A DNA stretch of 64,000 bases from Anaerolineae bacterium. Lineage in GTDB: Bacteria; Chloroflexota; Anaerolineae; B4-G1; SLSP01. Shown one piece after another: positions 1 through 9,400 of this stretch. Position numbers and translations under genes: made by a program. Position 1 is the first letter of the stretch; every line of letters starts with the position of its first letter. The notes beneath the pieces are model-generated. The model did not search any database. It saw only the letters and a list, made by a program, of their open reading frames with translations, and was not told the origin of the DNA. The stretch covers positions 18,480 through 82,479 of the forward strand of contig JAXDDO010000010.1 of the NCBI GenBank assembly GCA_034676805.1, in the 5' to 3' direction.

Positions 1-555
1 CTCCCAGGCGACGACGACAATCGGGCTCACCGCGTAACGCACGGGGTCGCTCGTGCGCCGGTGAGCGATCGGAATGACCGAACTCTCATCTGCCTCCAGC
101 GTCGCCTGCCAGCGTTGCTCCAACTGGTGAAACCACAGGCTGCTATCTGGCGCCAGGGCCTGAAACGCGGGGTCCGCATCAAGGCTTTGTTCGACCATCT
201 TGTCCGGAGAGAGTTCGATGGTGCGGACCGAAAGAGGGCGTTCTTCAGGCGCCTCCGGCCCTTCGGTTCGGGCGCGGTCGTTGAACTGCTGCACGAGTTG
301 GTCGAAGGTCGGCTTCATCGCTGGGGAGACGGCGATGACGAGCTCTTGCGCATCGGATATCGTGCCGCCATCGAGGGGTCGATCGGGCACCCTCTGATCG
401 AGCCAGCGCAGGGCTGCCCGACCGCCGTAGATCAAGGCCCCCAGCAGGAGGCACGCCAGCCCCAGTCCCACCAGCATCATCGCCAGGCTCCGCTGCCGGC
501 GTTGCTGGCGCGGGTCCGGCGGCAGGTTCAGCGGCGATTGGGTTGTGTTGCTCAT
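1..555 (-). CDS. Membrane-anchored binding-protein-like protein, N-terminal part (gene runs off the left edge)
   Basis: Reverse-strand ATG (cat 553-555) opens MSNTTQSPLNLPPDPRQQRR...LAMMLVGLGLACLLLGALIYGG (TM anchor) followed by a soluble domain. I saw no stop before position 1, which explains its absence from the ORF track. It starts 2 nt after the stop of the similar upstream gene 557-1837. The listed + ORF 61-645 looks like an Arg/His/Gln-rich shadow. Confidence 0.5.
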   Translation of the reverse strand, partial: MSNTTQSPLNLPPDPRQQRRQRSLAMMLVGLGLACLLLGALIYGGRAALRWLDQRVPDRPLDGGTISDAQELVIAVSPAMKPTFDQLVQQFNDRARTEGPEAPEERPLSVRTIELSPDKMVEQSLDADPAFQALAPDSSLWFHQLEQRWQATLEADESSVIPIAHRRTSDPVRYAVSPIVVVAWE

Positions 556-556
556 A

Positions 557-1837
557 TTACTCCGCCACGTTTAGCTCAAACCAGCGCAACAGGGCCAGGA
601 GCACCTCACGGTCGGGGTTGCGCATCGCGTCAGCGCGGGGGATGACGGCCTCGACTCCCCGATTCTGCCACTTGACGAACAGGCTGTCGCCAATGGCATC
701 CAATGGGACACGGGGGTTGGCAGGGCGCAGGCCATAGGCCAGCCCGGCTTGCTGCTGCTCATCGCTCAACAGATAGCGCTGGAAATCGAGCGCTGCGTTC
801 TTCTCGAGCGCCGTGGTCTCGGGGCCGACCCACACCGAGAAGGGGAAATCGAACCATGTGACGTAGCGCGGGTAGTAAAGGTTGATCGGGTCTTCCCAGC
901 GGGTCAGGATGCCTTCCATGTTCAACAGCAGATCGGCCTCCAGGAGCTGGCCCCCATCGCCCACGCTGTAGCCGAAGAGCGCGAAGTCCTCCGCCGTGTA
1001 GGCGCTGGCACTGCTGAAATCGGTCACCGCGCCCATGAGCTCCTCGAGCCAGGCCTGGAACTCGAGGTTCGTTACGTCGGCGGTGCTGATGTCGGGACGC
1101 TCGTAGTATTCACCTGCCGCGGCGATCATAGCGTGCAGACCGGCGACGTTCTTGTTGGGGTTGGGTACGACGAGCTTGAAGTATCCCCAGCCGGCCTCAC
1201 CGCCGAGCTCGGGCCAACCGCCGCGCGCTATGGCGGCGTCGTGGATCGTGTTCCAACTGATCTGGCCAAACTCGGTCTGCAGGACACGCGCCCGGCTCTC
1301 GTAGAGCCCCCAGGTGAGCAGGCTGGTGGCGATCGGTCGGGCGCGATACTCTCCGTCGGTAAGGAAGACATCGCGACCCAGACGCTCCTTGTACGAGGCG
1401 TTGGCAAGCTCGACGAGATAGCGGCTCTCGGGGATCCAGGCCGTCGGGAACTCCGCCAATGCGGCTCGTCCTGCCGCGTCGAGGTCTTCTGGCGTGATGC
1501 CAACCTCCAACGCACCAAAGGTGTTGCGGTCGAAGCGTCCCAAAGCGGTCAGCCCGTCCATGGCCACGATCTCGACCGAAACCGGCACCCCCTCGATCGT
1601 GGGTGAGGTCGCGTTGTAGGCCGCGGCGGCGTTGGTGACCCATGCCTCTACCGGCAGGGCGGTGATGACCCTGACGGTGATGTCGTCAGGGCGATCGACG
1701 GTAATGGCACCACCCTCCGTCTGCGATGGGCCCTGCCCGCCATCATCGGGACGTAGGCCCTGCACTGCCAGAGACACGCCCACAATGATCAGCGCGACGA
1801 CGACAATGCCTACGAAAATCCAGCGTGTACGGTTCAT
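557..1837 (-). CDS. Membrane-anchored extracytoplasmic substrate-binding-like protein
   Basis: 426-aa ORF with an N-terminal TM anchor (WIFVGIVVVALIIVGVSLAV) and a Gly/Pro linker, then a large soluble domain of ordinary composition. The antisense ORF 749-1606 is a low-complexity shadow. Family assignment is from general resemblance only. Confidence 0.65.
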   Translation of the reverse strand: MNRTRWIFVGIVVVALIIVGVSLAVQGLRPDDGGQGPSQTEGGAITVDRPDDITVRVITALPVEAWVTNAAAAYNATSPTIEGVPVSVEIVAMDGLTALGRFDRNTFGALEVGITPEDLDAAGRAALAEFPTAWIPESRYLVELANASYKERLGRDVFLTDGEYRARPIATSLLTWGLYESRARVLQTEFGQISWNTIHDAAIARGGWPELGGEAGWGYFKLVVPNPNKNVAGLHAMIAAAGEYYERPDISTADVTNLEFQAWLEELMGAVTDFSSASAYTAEDFALFGYSVGDGGQLLEADLLLNMEGILTRWEDPINLYYPRYVTWFDFPFSVWVGPETTALEKNAALDFQRYLLSDEQQQAGLAYGLRPANPRVPLDAIGDSLFVKWQNRGVEAVIPRADAMRNPDREVLLALLRWFELNVAE

Positions 1838-2102
1838 GTTTTTTCCCCGGTCTAGCTGTCAGAACATATCCAAGCTGCCTGGCGTACGCTAGTTGTCGCC
1901 TGTGCGCCAGATGCCCCGTGGACTTGGGCCGGCGCGGGCTGCAGGCACTAGCTGTACCCGGCCTATGCGATCACGTGTCTCGCCGGTGACGCGAGGCACG
2001 GTCTTATCTTACTACGAAATCCCGTGCTGAACGTTGCGGTGCTTTCCCGGAGGCCCCGCGGGTAGATGTGGGATAGGTTCATCGACCCGATACCGAACAG
2101 GA

Positions 2103-3413
2103 TCACGGCGCCCCGCCGCCTGTCTGGCGCCACAGGCAAATGTAGCCCCGATCGTCTGCCGAGGTCAACCACCGTCCGTCGGGGCTGAAGGCGACACAGC
2201 GCACGCGTCCCGCATGCTCGACCAGCCGCCCGACTACGGTTTTGCGACGGACATCCCAGAGACGCACTTCGCCACTCCAGTCTCCCGTGGCGAGAAGATG
2301 GCCCCCCGGCGCGAAATCGATGCCGGCGACGAGGTGTAGGGCCTCACCGTCCTCTGTCAGGCGTGCCTGCTGCTTGCCGAACTTGGGGTCCCAGAGCCGT
2401 ACGCTTTCATCCCAGCCGCCCGAGGCCAGCAGCCGTCCTTGAGGATCGAATGCCACGCAGGTCACCTGGGCTGTGTGGCCGCTGAGTGTCCACAGTTCCT
2501 GGCCCTGTGCCATATCCCATAGCCGTACCGTGCGGTCCCAACCGCCCGCTGAGGCCAAGGTGCGACCATCAGGGCTGATGGCGATGCCAAGGACAGCCTG
2601 GCTATGGCTGCGTAGAGGGGTCTGGAGCGCACCTGTCTCCACGTCCCACAGGTTGATGACGCCATCCTGTGCACACGAGGCCAAAGTTGCACCGTCCGGC
2701 GTAAACGCGACGTCTGTGACTCCCCCAGCGTGGCCTCTCAGCCGCGGCACCTCACTGCCGGTCTCCGTCCACCGCCAGAGGTAGACGCCTGTGTCGCCGC
2801 CGCCCAGCGCGAGTGTCAGACCGTCGGGGGACCAGGCCGCCGCTGTCAGAACTCCTGCCTGACGGCTAAGGGCCAGCCGTTCCTCGCCGCTGGTATCCCA
2901 AATACGGGCAGCGGCATCCAACCCCACGCTGGCTAGCTGGCGTCCGTCGGGACTGAAGGCTATGTCGGTAACCTCGTTCTCGTGTGCCTGCCATGATCGC
3001 AGCAACTGGAATGCACCCGGTGTGCTCGCTCCGGCAGCACGTTGTGTCCTGGCGGATGCCGATGTTCCAGGAGGCGAGACATCCGCTGCGGCAAGATCCG
3101 CCTCCGACACCAGGCCGAGCGCATCGGCCCAAGCCGTCACGGCCCAGCGGGCGGCCTCTTCGGAGAGCGCGGTGGTGTCGTGCAGCTCTGCTGTCAGGCG
3201 CGGCAGGACTACGCTAAAAGGGAGCTGCGGGACCAGCCGTTCGAGATCCTCGACCACACCCTGCTCCAGGGCACTGATCAACACGAAGATCTCGCGGCGA
3301 TACTCACCACAAAAGTCGCGAAGCAACGCCTCGACGCGGCGCGGTTCGTCGGCCACCTGGCGACCGAACTGCCGGACGATCTCTTTCAGTGATTGGCGGG
3401 GGACGTCACTCAT
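2103..3413 (-). CDS. WD40 repeat protein (7 blades) with about 130-aa helical N-terminal domain
   Basis: Seven WD40 units, each ending xRxWD (ARIWD, VYLWR, INLWD, VRLWD x3, ICLWR), after MSDVPRQSLKEIVRQFGRQVADEPRRVEALLRDFCGEYRREI. Start trimmed to ATG 3413. The 36 upstream codons of the track ORF are Arg-rich and the start remains uncertain. Confidence 0.85.
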   Translation of the reverse strand: MSDVPRQSLKEIVRQFGRQVADEPRRVEALLRDFCGEYRREIFVLISALEQGVVEDLERLVPQLPFSVVLPRLTAELHDTTALSEEAARWAVTAWADALGLVSEADLAAADVSPPGTSASARTQRAAGASTPGAFQLLRSWQAHENEVTDIAFSPDGRQLASVGLDAAARIWDTSGEERLALSRQAGVLTAAAWSPDGLTLALGGGDTGVYLWRWTETGSEVPRLRGHAGGVTDVAFTPDGATLASCAQDGVINLWDVETGALQTPLRSHSQAVLGIAISPDGRTLASAGGWDRTVRLWDMAQGQELWTLSGHTAQVTCVAFDPQGRLLASGGWDESVRLWDPKFGKQQARLTEDGEALHLVAGIDFAPGGHLLATGDWSGEVRLWDVRRKTVVGRLVEHAGRVRCVAFSPDGRWLTSADDRGYICLWRQTGGGAP

Positions 3414-3622
3414 AGACTTTCGCAGGAGGATCCGCGCTCGCCGTCGCCTAAGCGCGATGACGCGGCCTGATGCCACTGAAGAGCGGCGTCGCGTATCCAA
3501 CCCTGACAAGTAGTATAGCATGGCGCCGGCTTTGCCAACAGTCCAGGACCAGGGCCAAGGGGCGCAGCGTTGGCCCTGTCAGGACATGTTACTCCGCGGG
3601 GCTATGGTGATCTCCCGGTTCG

Positions 3623-4870
3623 CTAGACCTCGCTGTTGCTGACCAGCCTCCCGGCCCCAGCCTGCACTTTCTGTACCGCCGCCACGATGTCGTCCATATC
3701 CGCCTCAGTTCCGAGGAGCATGGTCTGGAAGAACCAGATGCCCTCGGATGCACACGCACGTTCGGTCACGGGACAGTTGGGCAGGTCGCTCTCGCCCGCA
3801 TCGGCCCTGCCAAAGGCCGCACGCAGCCGGCGAATGCCGTTCTGGATGGCCGGCATGCGGTAGAGGGGCACGTATCCCTCGCTGCACGGGATGCCCTCAG
3901 CACGGAGCGCCTCCAGAAAGCGCGCCCGAGGAAGTCCCTCGAACGCCTCCGGATCGTAGCGGGTGATGAAGAGGTGATAGCCATGCTGCGTAACGCGAGG
4001 GTCGCGCACCAGCGGTCGCAACGCGGTCATCTGAGCCAGCCGGTCCGCCAGGTAACGTGCGTTGGCCTCCCGGCGCTGCGCCAGCTCCTCGAAGCGGGTA
4101 AGCTGGGCCAGCAGCAGGGCCGCCTGCCATTGGGTCATGCGGTAGTTGCCGCCCAGGACTTCGTGCTGGTACCAGCGCCCTTCACGCACGCGCCCACAGT
4201 TGTGCACCGACCAACAGCGCTCGGCAAGCGCCTCGTCGTCGGTCAGGATCGCGCCGCCCTCGCCTGCGTTGATGTTCTTCGACGACTGAAAGCTGAAGCA
4301 TCCTACATCGCCGATGGCCCCCACGCGTCGCCCTTTCCAGGCTGCGCCGTGGGCTTGGCAGGCGTCCTCGATGACGGCAATCCCGTGTTCGTGCGCGATC
4401 TGCAGTATGGCGTCCATATCTGCCGGCAGTCCCCCGATGTGCACGGGGATGATGGCTTGGGTACGCGGCGTGATGGCGGCGGCGATCGCCTGGGGATCGA
4501 TGTTGTAAGTGTCGGGGTCGATGTCCACGAATACCGGCATCGCTCCCGCCATGAGACACGCGGTCGCGGTGGCAAGGAACGTGTAGGCTGGCACGATCAC
4601 CTCGCCGCCATAGGCGACGTCGAGCGCGCGCAGCGCCACCTCCAGCGCGACGGAGCCGTTGAACACGGCTTGGGCGTGAGCCGCATGGTGCGCTTGGGCG
4701 AAGGCCTGCTCGAATGCCGCGATCTTTCCGCCATCGGCAGCGATCCCCCACGTCCCCGATCTGAGCACTTCGATCAGAGCGTCTTCCTCACGTGTGTCCC
4801 ACAGGGGCCACGCGGGGAACGGAGTCTTCCTTGTGGGCTCGCCGCCCAGGATAGCCAGTGATCCTGTCAT
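3623..4870 (-). CDS. DegT/DnrJ/EryC1/StrS-family PLP aminotransferase
   Basis: 415-aa ORF. Contains the typical family blocks (GGEPTR..FP.WP, VIVPAYTF.ATA, FSFQSSKNI with the PLP lysine). AAGGAG RBS lies before ATG 4870, which is 3 nt after the stop of the upstream gene. Confidence 0.9.
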   Translation of the reverse strand: MTGSLAILGGEPTRKTPFPAWPLWDTREEDALIEVLRSGTWGIAADGGKIAAFEQAFAQAHHAAHAQAVFNGSVALEVALRALDVAYGGEVIVPAYTFLATATACLMAGAMPVFVDIDPDTYNIDPQAIAAAITPRTQAIIPVHIGGLPADMDAILQIAHEHGIAVIEDACQAHGAAWKGRRVGAIGDVGCFSFQSSKNINAGEGGAILTDDEALAERCWSVHNCGRVREGRWYQHEVLGGNYRMTQWQAALLLAQLTRFEELAQRREANARYLADRLAQMTALRPLVRDPRVTQHGYHLFITRYDPEAFEGLPRARFLEALRAEGIPCSEGYVPLYRMPAIQNGIRRLRAAFGRADAGESDLPNCPVTERACASEGIWFFQTMLLGTEADMDDIVAAVQKVQAGAGRLVSNSEV

Positions 4871-4873
4871 TGT

Positions 4874-6160
4874 TCACTCCTTGCACTGTTGTATTAGGCT
4901 GGAGGCTAGCTCGACGACAGCCTCGCCCGCTTCAGGCGCCAGGGCTGCAGGATATCCGTAGTACTTGTACGCGTCATTGACCTCATAGCCGCCCGATCCA
5001 TACGCCAACCGGCTGGGAATGTACCCCACGTCGCCGTTGGCATAGCCGGCAATGAAGATATGTGAGCCGGGAGGGCCGGTCTTGATCTGTGTTCCCAGGG
5101 TGGAGAAGAGCTCGCCCGGGATGCCCGCGAGCGTCAACGGGCCGATCCGGAGCACTTGCACGTCAGCTTCCATCGTCGCGGCGGCTTCACCGGACTGCAC
5201 CGCCGCGAGCGTGCTCTTGCTCCATGCCACCATGGCACGCTCCACACGCGCCGCCAAGGAGTCACCGCTGGCTTCGGCTTGGGCTAATCGCGCGCTATGG
5301 TCAGCGACCGCCTGGGTTAGCGTCTCGGTTGTGGGTAGCTGCTGCAACGGCAGAGCGATGCGCTCCGCGGCGCTGCACAGAGTAGGCTCGGGCAGGAAGT
5401 CCATCCGCCGGATCGTGCGAATCGCCTCGTCCGCCAGCGCCTCGCCCAACCAGGCGGCTGCTTCGAAGCTGCTCCGGCGGACAGGATCGGCATTACCACA
5501 GGCGCCGGTGAGGAAGAACGCCATACCGCCAACCGTCCGCTGCAGCGCAGCAGCGAGATACCCGGGGTAGTCTGCGGAGACGTGGAGGTTAGTCGCGTCG
5601 AGAACGACCGGATGACACCCGTAGTTGACGAGCGTCGCCACCGTCGTGCCGTCCGGCGTGCGCAGGCAGGCGACACCCACCCCGGGGTCAACCGGCGCGC
5701 CGTCACGGCGCCGGTTGAAAAGGCCGTCCGGGAACGCGCCTTGCCCAGCGCCCACCTGCACGCGAGTCATATTGGCTGTTGCCTGGCGCGCTACCTCGAT
5801 CAGGCGCGGCGGCAGGCTTGCCAGATAGGCTGGATCGATTTCACCGCATCCGTGCAACGGGATTGTCGCCGGGCCAGAGTGGGTGTGGGTGCCGGTTAGC
5901 ATCACGGCGTGGACGGGGATGTCGATAGCGTCGCCGATGGTGGCCCGCACCGTGGCGGCAAGCGCTACCGTGAATCCCACGAGGTCGCAGGCCACAAGCG
6001 CCGCACGGGTGCGCCCGTCGTCCAGCACCAGCGCCCGCGCGAAGAGCCGGTCGTGGACGCCCACGGATGGTCCCTCGCGCGCGACGTAGCCCGTCAGGTC
6101 GACCCCAACCGGCGGGGTAATGTCGAGTTCGGCGGTTCCGGCAGATAGCGTCGTTGTCAT
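4874..6160 (-). CDS. Neutral/alkaline ceramidase-like hydrolase
   Basis: 428 aa. The N-terminal block AELDITPPVGVDLTGY...HDRLFARALVLDDG...ACDLVG and the THTHSGP motif are typical of the non-lysosomal ceramidase N-domain family. AGGAGG RBS is present. The gene is tightly packed in an operon. Confidence 0.7.
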   Translation of the reverse strand: MTTTLSAGTAELDITPPVGVDLTGYVAREGPSVGVHDRLFARALVLDDGRTRAALVACDLVGFTVALAATVRATIGDAIDIPVHAVMLTGTHTHSGPATIPLHGCGEIDPAYLASLPPRLIEVARQATANMTRVQVGAGQGAFPDGLFNRRRDGAPVDPGVGVACLRTPDGTTVATLVNYGCHPVVLDATNLHVSADYPGYLAAALQRTVGGMAFFLTGACGNADPVRRSSFEAAAWLGEALADEAIRTIRRMDFLPEPTLCSAAERIALPLQQLPTTETLTQAVADHSARLAQAEASGDSLAARVERAMVAWSKSTLAAVQSGEAAATMEADVQVLRIGPLTLAGIPGELFSTLGTQIKTGPPGSHIFIAGYANGDVGYIPSRLAYGSGGYEVNDAYKYYGYPAALAPEAGEAVVELASSLIQQCKE

Positions 6161-6161
6161 G

Positions 6162-7034
6162 TCATGGGGCCTCCTGATTCCCGGTGATACAGTCGGTTGT
6201 GCTTTTTGTCCAGCCTAGCTGATGGGCAAGCGCCGCCATGACCTGCTCGATCACGGCGCTGTCCCGGTCGGCGCGGCGGGGAGGGATTCTCGGTGCGAAT
6301 GGCTGGCCGAAGCTAAGCCGCAGCCGGCCATCCTGCTCTGTGACGCCTACGGGCAAGATGGGCATGGCCCCGTTGGCCAGCAGCGCGATAAACGCCCCGG
6401 CGCCCTTGGGCGGGCAGCCCAACGGGTCCGCCGTATCATATCCCTGCGGAGCCAGGCCCAACAGTCCTCCGCTCGCGGTGAGCTCTTGCGCCAGTCGCAC
6501 CGTCCGCAGTACTGTCGCGGCTCGGGCTTCCATCTCTTGCGGATGGGGCGGCATCGGTGGCATCGTTACGTGGCCATAGACGCGCGCCGCACGGGCGAAG
6601 GCCCAAGCTGTGACGGGGGTGATGACCCAACGCCGCCAGTCGCCCTCAGGATAGCGCCATGCGGCGGTCATCACCCAGTGCACGTCGGTAGGCGCACCCG
6701 GCCTGCGTTGGGCGGCGACGGCTGCGGAAATGCCCACCGCGATCCACCAGGCTCCGAAACCCGGACGGCTGTAGTGATTGCAGACAATCAGACACGGTCC
6801 TTCTGGTGGGATGTGCGCGGCGCCGAGGACCTCGAGCGGAGGATCCAGGCCCTGCAGCGCCCGGCGGGAGTCGTAGGCAAACGACCGTCTGTGGCCCCAG
6901 CCCGCGGCCCAGATCAGGTCTGCCGCCACCCGGCGCGGCAGATGGTAGGCTGGGCCGGAGCCCTGGGCGTAGGGCAATGCGTCATCCTGGGGGTTGGAAT
7001 TCGGTTGCGCACTTTCGCCAGTTGACGGTACCAT
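6162..7034 (-). CDS. PlsC-like (lysophospholipid) acyltransferase family protein
   Basis: Carries an NH-box-like motif (LIVCNHYSRPGFGAWW). It is the first gene of the minus-strand operon. The start is ambiguous (ATG 7043 or 7034) and the track start 7094 is probably too long. Confidence 0.55.
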   Translation of the reverse strand: MVPSTGESAQPNSNPQDDALPYAQGSGPAYHLPRRVAADLIWAAGWGHRRSFAYDSRRALQGLDPPLEVLGAAHIPPEGPCLIVCNHYSRPGFGAWWIAVGISAAVAAQRRPGAPTDVHWVMTAAWRYPEGDWRRWVITPVTAWAFARAARVYGHVTMPPMPPHPQEMEARAATVLRTVRLAQELTASGGLLGLAPQGYDTADPLGCPPKGAGAFIALLANGAMPILPVGVTEQDGRLRLSFGQPFAPRIPPRRADRDSAVIEQVMAALAHQLGWTKSTTDCITGNQEAP

Positions 7035-7074
7035 GGAGCGCATCCTACACCCTATGGCACGGAGTGAAAAGCCG

Positions 7075-8337
7075 ATGACGCTGCGAGCACACACTTATCT
7101 GACGATGAACGTCTACTGGTTTGGGTTGGCCTTCATGTGGAATGCCCTCCATCCCCTCGTGCTGCCGGCACTTCTGCTGCACTTTGTGCCTGACGCGCTA
7201 AAGAACACCTACCTGGGCGCGATGACGTTCGTGGGCCTGGTGTTGGCGATGATCGTCCAGCCGATCGCCGGGGCGTTGAGCGATCGCACGCGGACCCGTT
7301 GGGGACGCCGCCGCCCGTGGATGGTAGGCGGGACGCTGGCATCGCTGGCGATCCTGGCGTTGCTCGCCGGCGCGCAGCACCTGGTCGGGCTGGTGATCGG
7401 CTACATCTTGCTGCAGGTGGCGTCCAACACAGCACACGGTCCGGCGCAGGGCCTGATCCCGGACCTTGTGCCCGCGCATCATCGGGGTCTTGTTTCGGGG
7501 TTCAAGAACCTCTTCGATATGGGGGGGCTTGTAGTGACCTCGCTGGTGGCGGGGCGGCTGGTACACAATGGTGATGCCGCCCTCGCGTTTGCGGTCGTCG
7601 CAGCCGTGTTGTTGGTCAGCGCCACGACGACGATCGTAACGACGCGCGAGTCTCCGACGGGCGGCGAGCCGGTCGTGACGGAGCGTCTCTCTGACCTGCT
7701 GAACCCTGGTCTGGGTCGTTATCCCGCCTACGCCTGGCTGTTAGCCTCACGCTTCCTGATTCTGCTGGGTGTATATGTGGTGCAGAGCTTTGCCCAGTAT
7801 TACATCCGCGACTGGGTCGGCGCATCCGATCCCATCGTGGTCACCGGCAACCTGATGGCGACGATCGGCGTCGCACTGACGGCGCTGGTCTTCCCCGCGG
7901 GCTGGCTCTCAGACCGCATCGGGCGCTGGCCCCTGAACGCTGCGGCAGGGGCCCTGGCAACGTTGGGCATCGCCCTGCTCGTTCCGGTGCGATCCATCAC
8001 CGGCGTCTACGCGTTCGGCGGTGTGATCGGGATGGCGACAGGGATCTTTGTGAGCGTGAACTGGGCCCTGGCAACCGACTTGATTCCTTCGGCCGAAGGT
8101 GGCAAGTACCTCGGGCTCTCGAACATCGCAACGGCGGGGGCCGGTGCGGCGAGTCGCCTGGGCGGGCCCATTATCGATGGCGTCAACGCCCTCTTTCCCG
8201 GGACCTTCGTGGGCTATCCTGTTGCTTTCGCCCTCGCGGCCTGCGCCACGCTCGTAGGCACGCTCATGCTGTGGCGGGTCCGGCGGGCAGTTAGCGATCA
8301 ACCGTTAGCACAGATACCGTGTGAAGAATGCCTCTGA
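7075..8337 (+). CDS. MFS transporter
   Basis: About 12 hydrophobic segments and an MFS loop motif (LSDRTRTRWGRRRPW). Start trimmed to ATG 7075 (MTLRAHTYLTMNVYWFG) because the longer form overlaps the divergent acyltransferase start. ATG 7054 or 7033 remain possible. Confidence 0.8.
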   Translation: MTLRAHTYLTMNVYWFGLAFMWNALHPLVLPALLLHFVPDALKNTYLGAMTFVGLVLAMIVQPIAGALSDRTRTRWGRRRPWMVGGTLASLAILALLAGAQHLVGLVIGYILLQVASNTAHGPAQGLIPDLVPAHHRGLVSGFKNLFDMGGLVVTSLVAGRLVHNGDAALAFAVVAAVLLVSATTTIVTTRESPTGGEPVVTERLSDLLNPGLGRYPAYAWLLASRFLILLGVYVVQSFAQYYIRDWVGASDPIVVTGNLMATIGVALTALVFPAGWLSDRIGRWPLNAAAGALATLGIALLVPVRSITGVYAFGGVIGMATGIFVSVNWALATDLIPSAEGGKYLGLSNIATAGAGAASRLGGPIIDGVNALFPGTFVGYPVAFALAACATLVGTLMLWRVRRAVSDQPLAQIPCEECL

Positions 8338-9357
8338 CTTCGTCCCGGCCCAGCCGTGCTCGCCGGGGTGTAAGTCGAGCTCCAGCATAGTGCTAGCGTC
8401 CGCGGCGGCGTAGATGCGCTCTACCTGCCGATAACACTGCATAGCCGTGTCCACCTTGAAGCAGGTATCGTTGGCGCCGATGTCTACCAGCAGCGGGCGC
8501 GGGGCAAGCAGGCCCTGCAGGTCGGGCAGGTCGACGAGCTTGAAGAGACCCGGCGCCACCTGCATCCCGCAGTAGTTGATGTCGCGCATTCCAAACGCCC
8601 ACCAGAGGTCGCTGTAGCAGATGATCTCGCTGGCCTTGAAGCGGGTGTCGCACAGCGCCATCCACAGCGTCATCGTGCCACCGCCGCTCAGCCCCATCAC
8701 GCCCAGACGCTCCCCGTCGATATTGGGCAGCGTGGAGGCGAAGTCCGTCGCCGCCTTGCCGTGCGCCACGTTGATCGAGAGGGAGGTCATTCCAAACATC
8801 GTTGCGTGAAGGTAGTAGAGGTTGCACCAGTCGCGGGTGCGGGCCACCGCCGAGTGGTTGGGCTTCTGGGCGTCGTTGCGCTCGCCGAAGCCGATCCAGT
8901 CGATCGCGTAGGTGACGAAGCCTTTTTGCGCCATCACCTCGCCGTAGTTGTAGCCGTGGGCCTCGATCGTTTGGCGTAGCTCGGGACTGGCGTCGTTGCC
9001 CATCACCGGTTCCTTACCGAACTGCCCGTGACCGTGACAGCAGAGGATGGCAGGGCGCTTCTCGTCCGCACCAAGCCCCTCGGGGATGTTGACCAGGAGG
9101 GTGGCTGAGAGATAGGGCTGAACATCGATGATCCAACGCTGGCGCACGAGCCCCCTATGTCGCCACTCGGCGAGAAGCTGTGGGTTCAGTGGCACGGTGG
9201 GCGGAGAGTCTCCCAGCGTCGCCAGTACCTTGGGCAGGGCCTCCGCCTTCCAGGCCGCGAAGTCCTCCGGATTGGTTCCTGTGAAGTGGTATTGCGGCTG
9301 ATGGGCTTTCGCCATCTCGACAAACATCTGGTTGGGGCTCAGGTTGCGAACGGTCAT
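8305..9357 (-). CDS. Alpha/beta hydrolase (esterase-like)
   Basis: Nucleophile elbow GVMGLSGGGTMTLW and an HGHG oxyanion-type region. AGGAGG RBS lies 7 nt before ATG 9357, so the track start 9447 was trimmed. Confidence 0.75.
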   Translation of the reverse strand: MTVRNLSPNQMFVEMAKAHQPQYHFTGTNPEDFAAWKAEALPKVLATLGDSPPTVPLNPQLLAEWRHRGLVRQRWIIDVQPYLSATLLVNIPEGLGADEKRPAILCCHGHGQFGKEPVMGNDASPELRQTIEAHGYNYGEVMAQKGFVTYAIDWIGFGERNDAQKPNHSAVARTRDWCNLYYLHATMFGMTSLSINVAHGKAATDFASTLPNIDGERLGVMGLSGGGTMTLWMALCDTRFKASEIICYSDLWWAFGMRDINYCGMQVAPGLFKLVDLPDLQGLLAPRPLLVDIGANDTCFKVDTAMQCYRQVERIYAAADASTMLELDLHPGEHGWAGTKSEAFFTRYLC

Positions 9358-9400
9358 TGTCTGCCTCCTATCATTTTGATCGGGTTGCGTTGCTGTCAGG

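Noticed and set aside
61-645. 194-aa plus-strand ORF at the left edge
   Set aside because: The opposite strand encodes a TM-anchored paralog of the neighbouring gene, starting at 555 directly after that gene's stop. The plus ORF is Arg/His/Gln-rich and spans the junction between the two genes.
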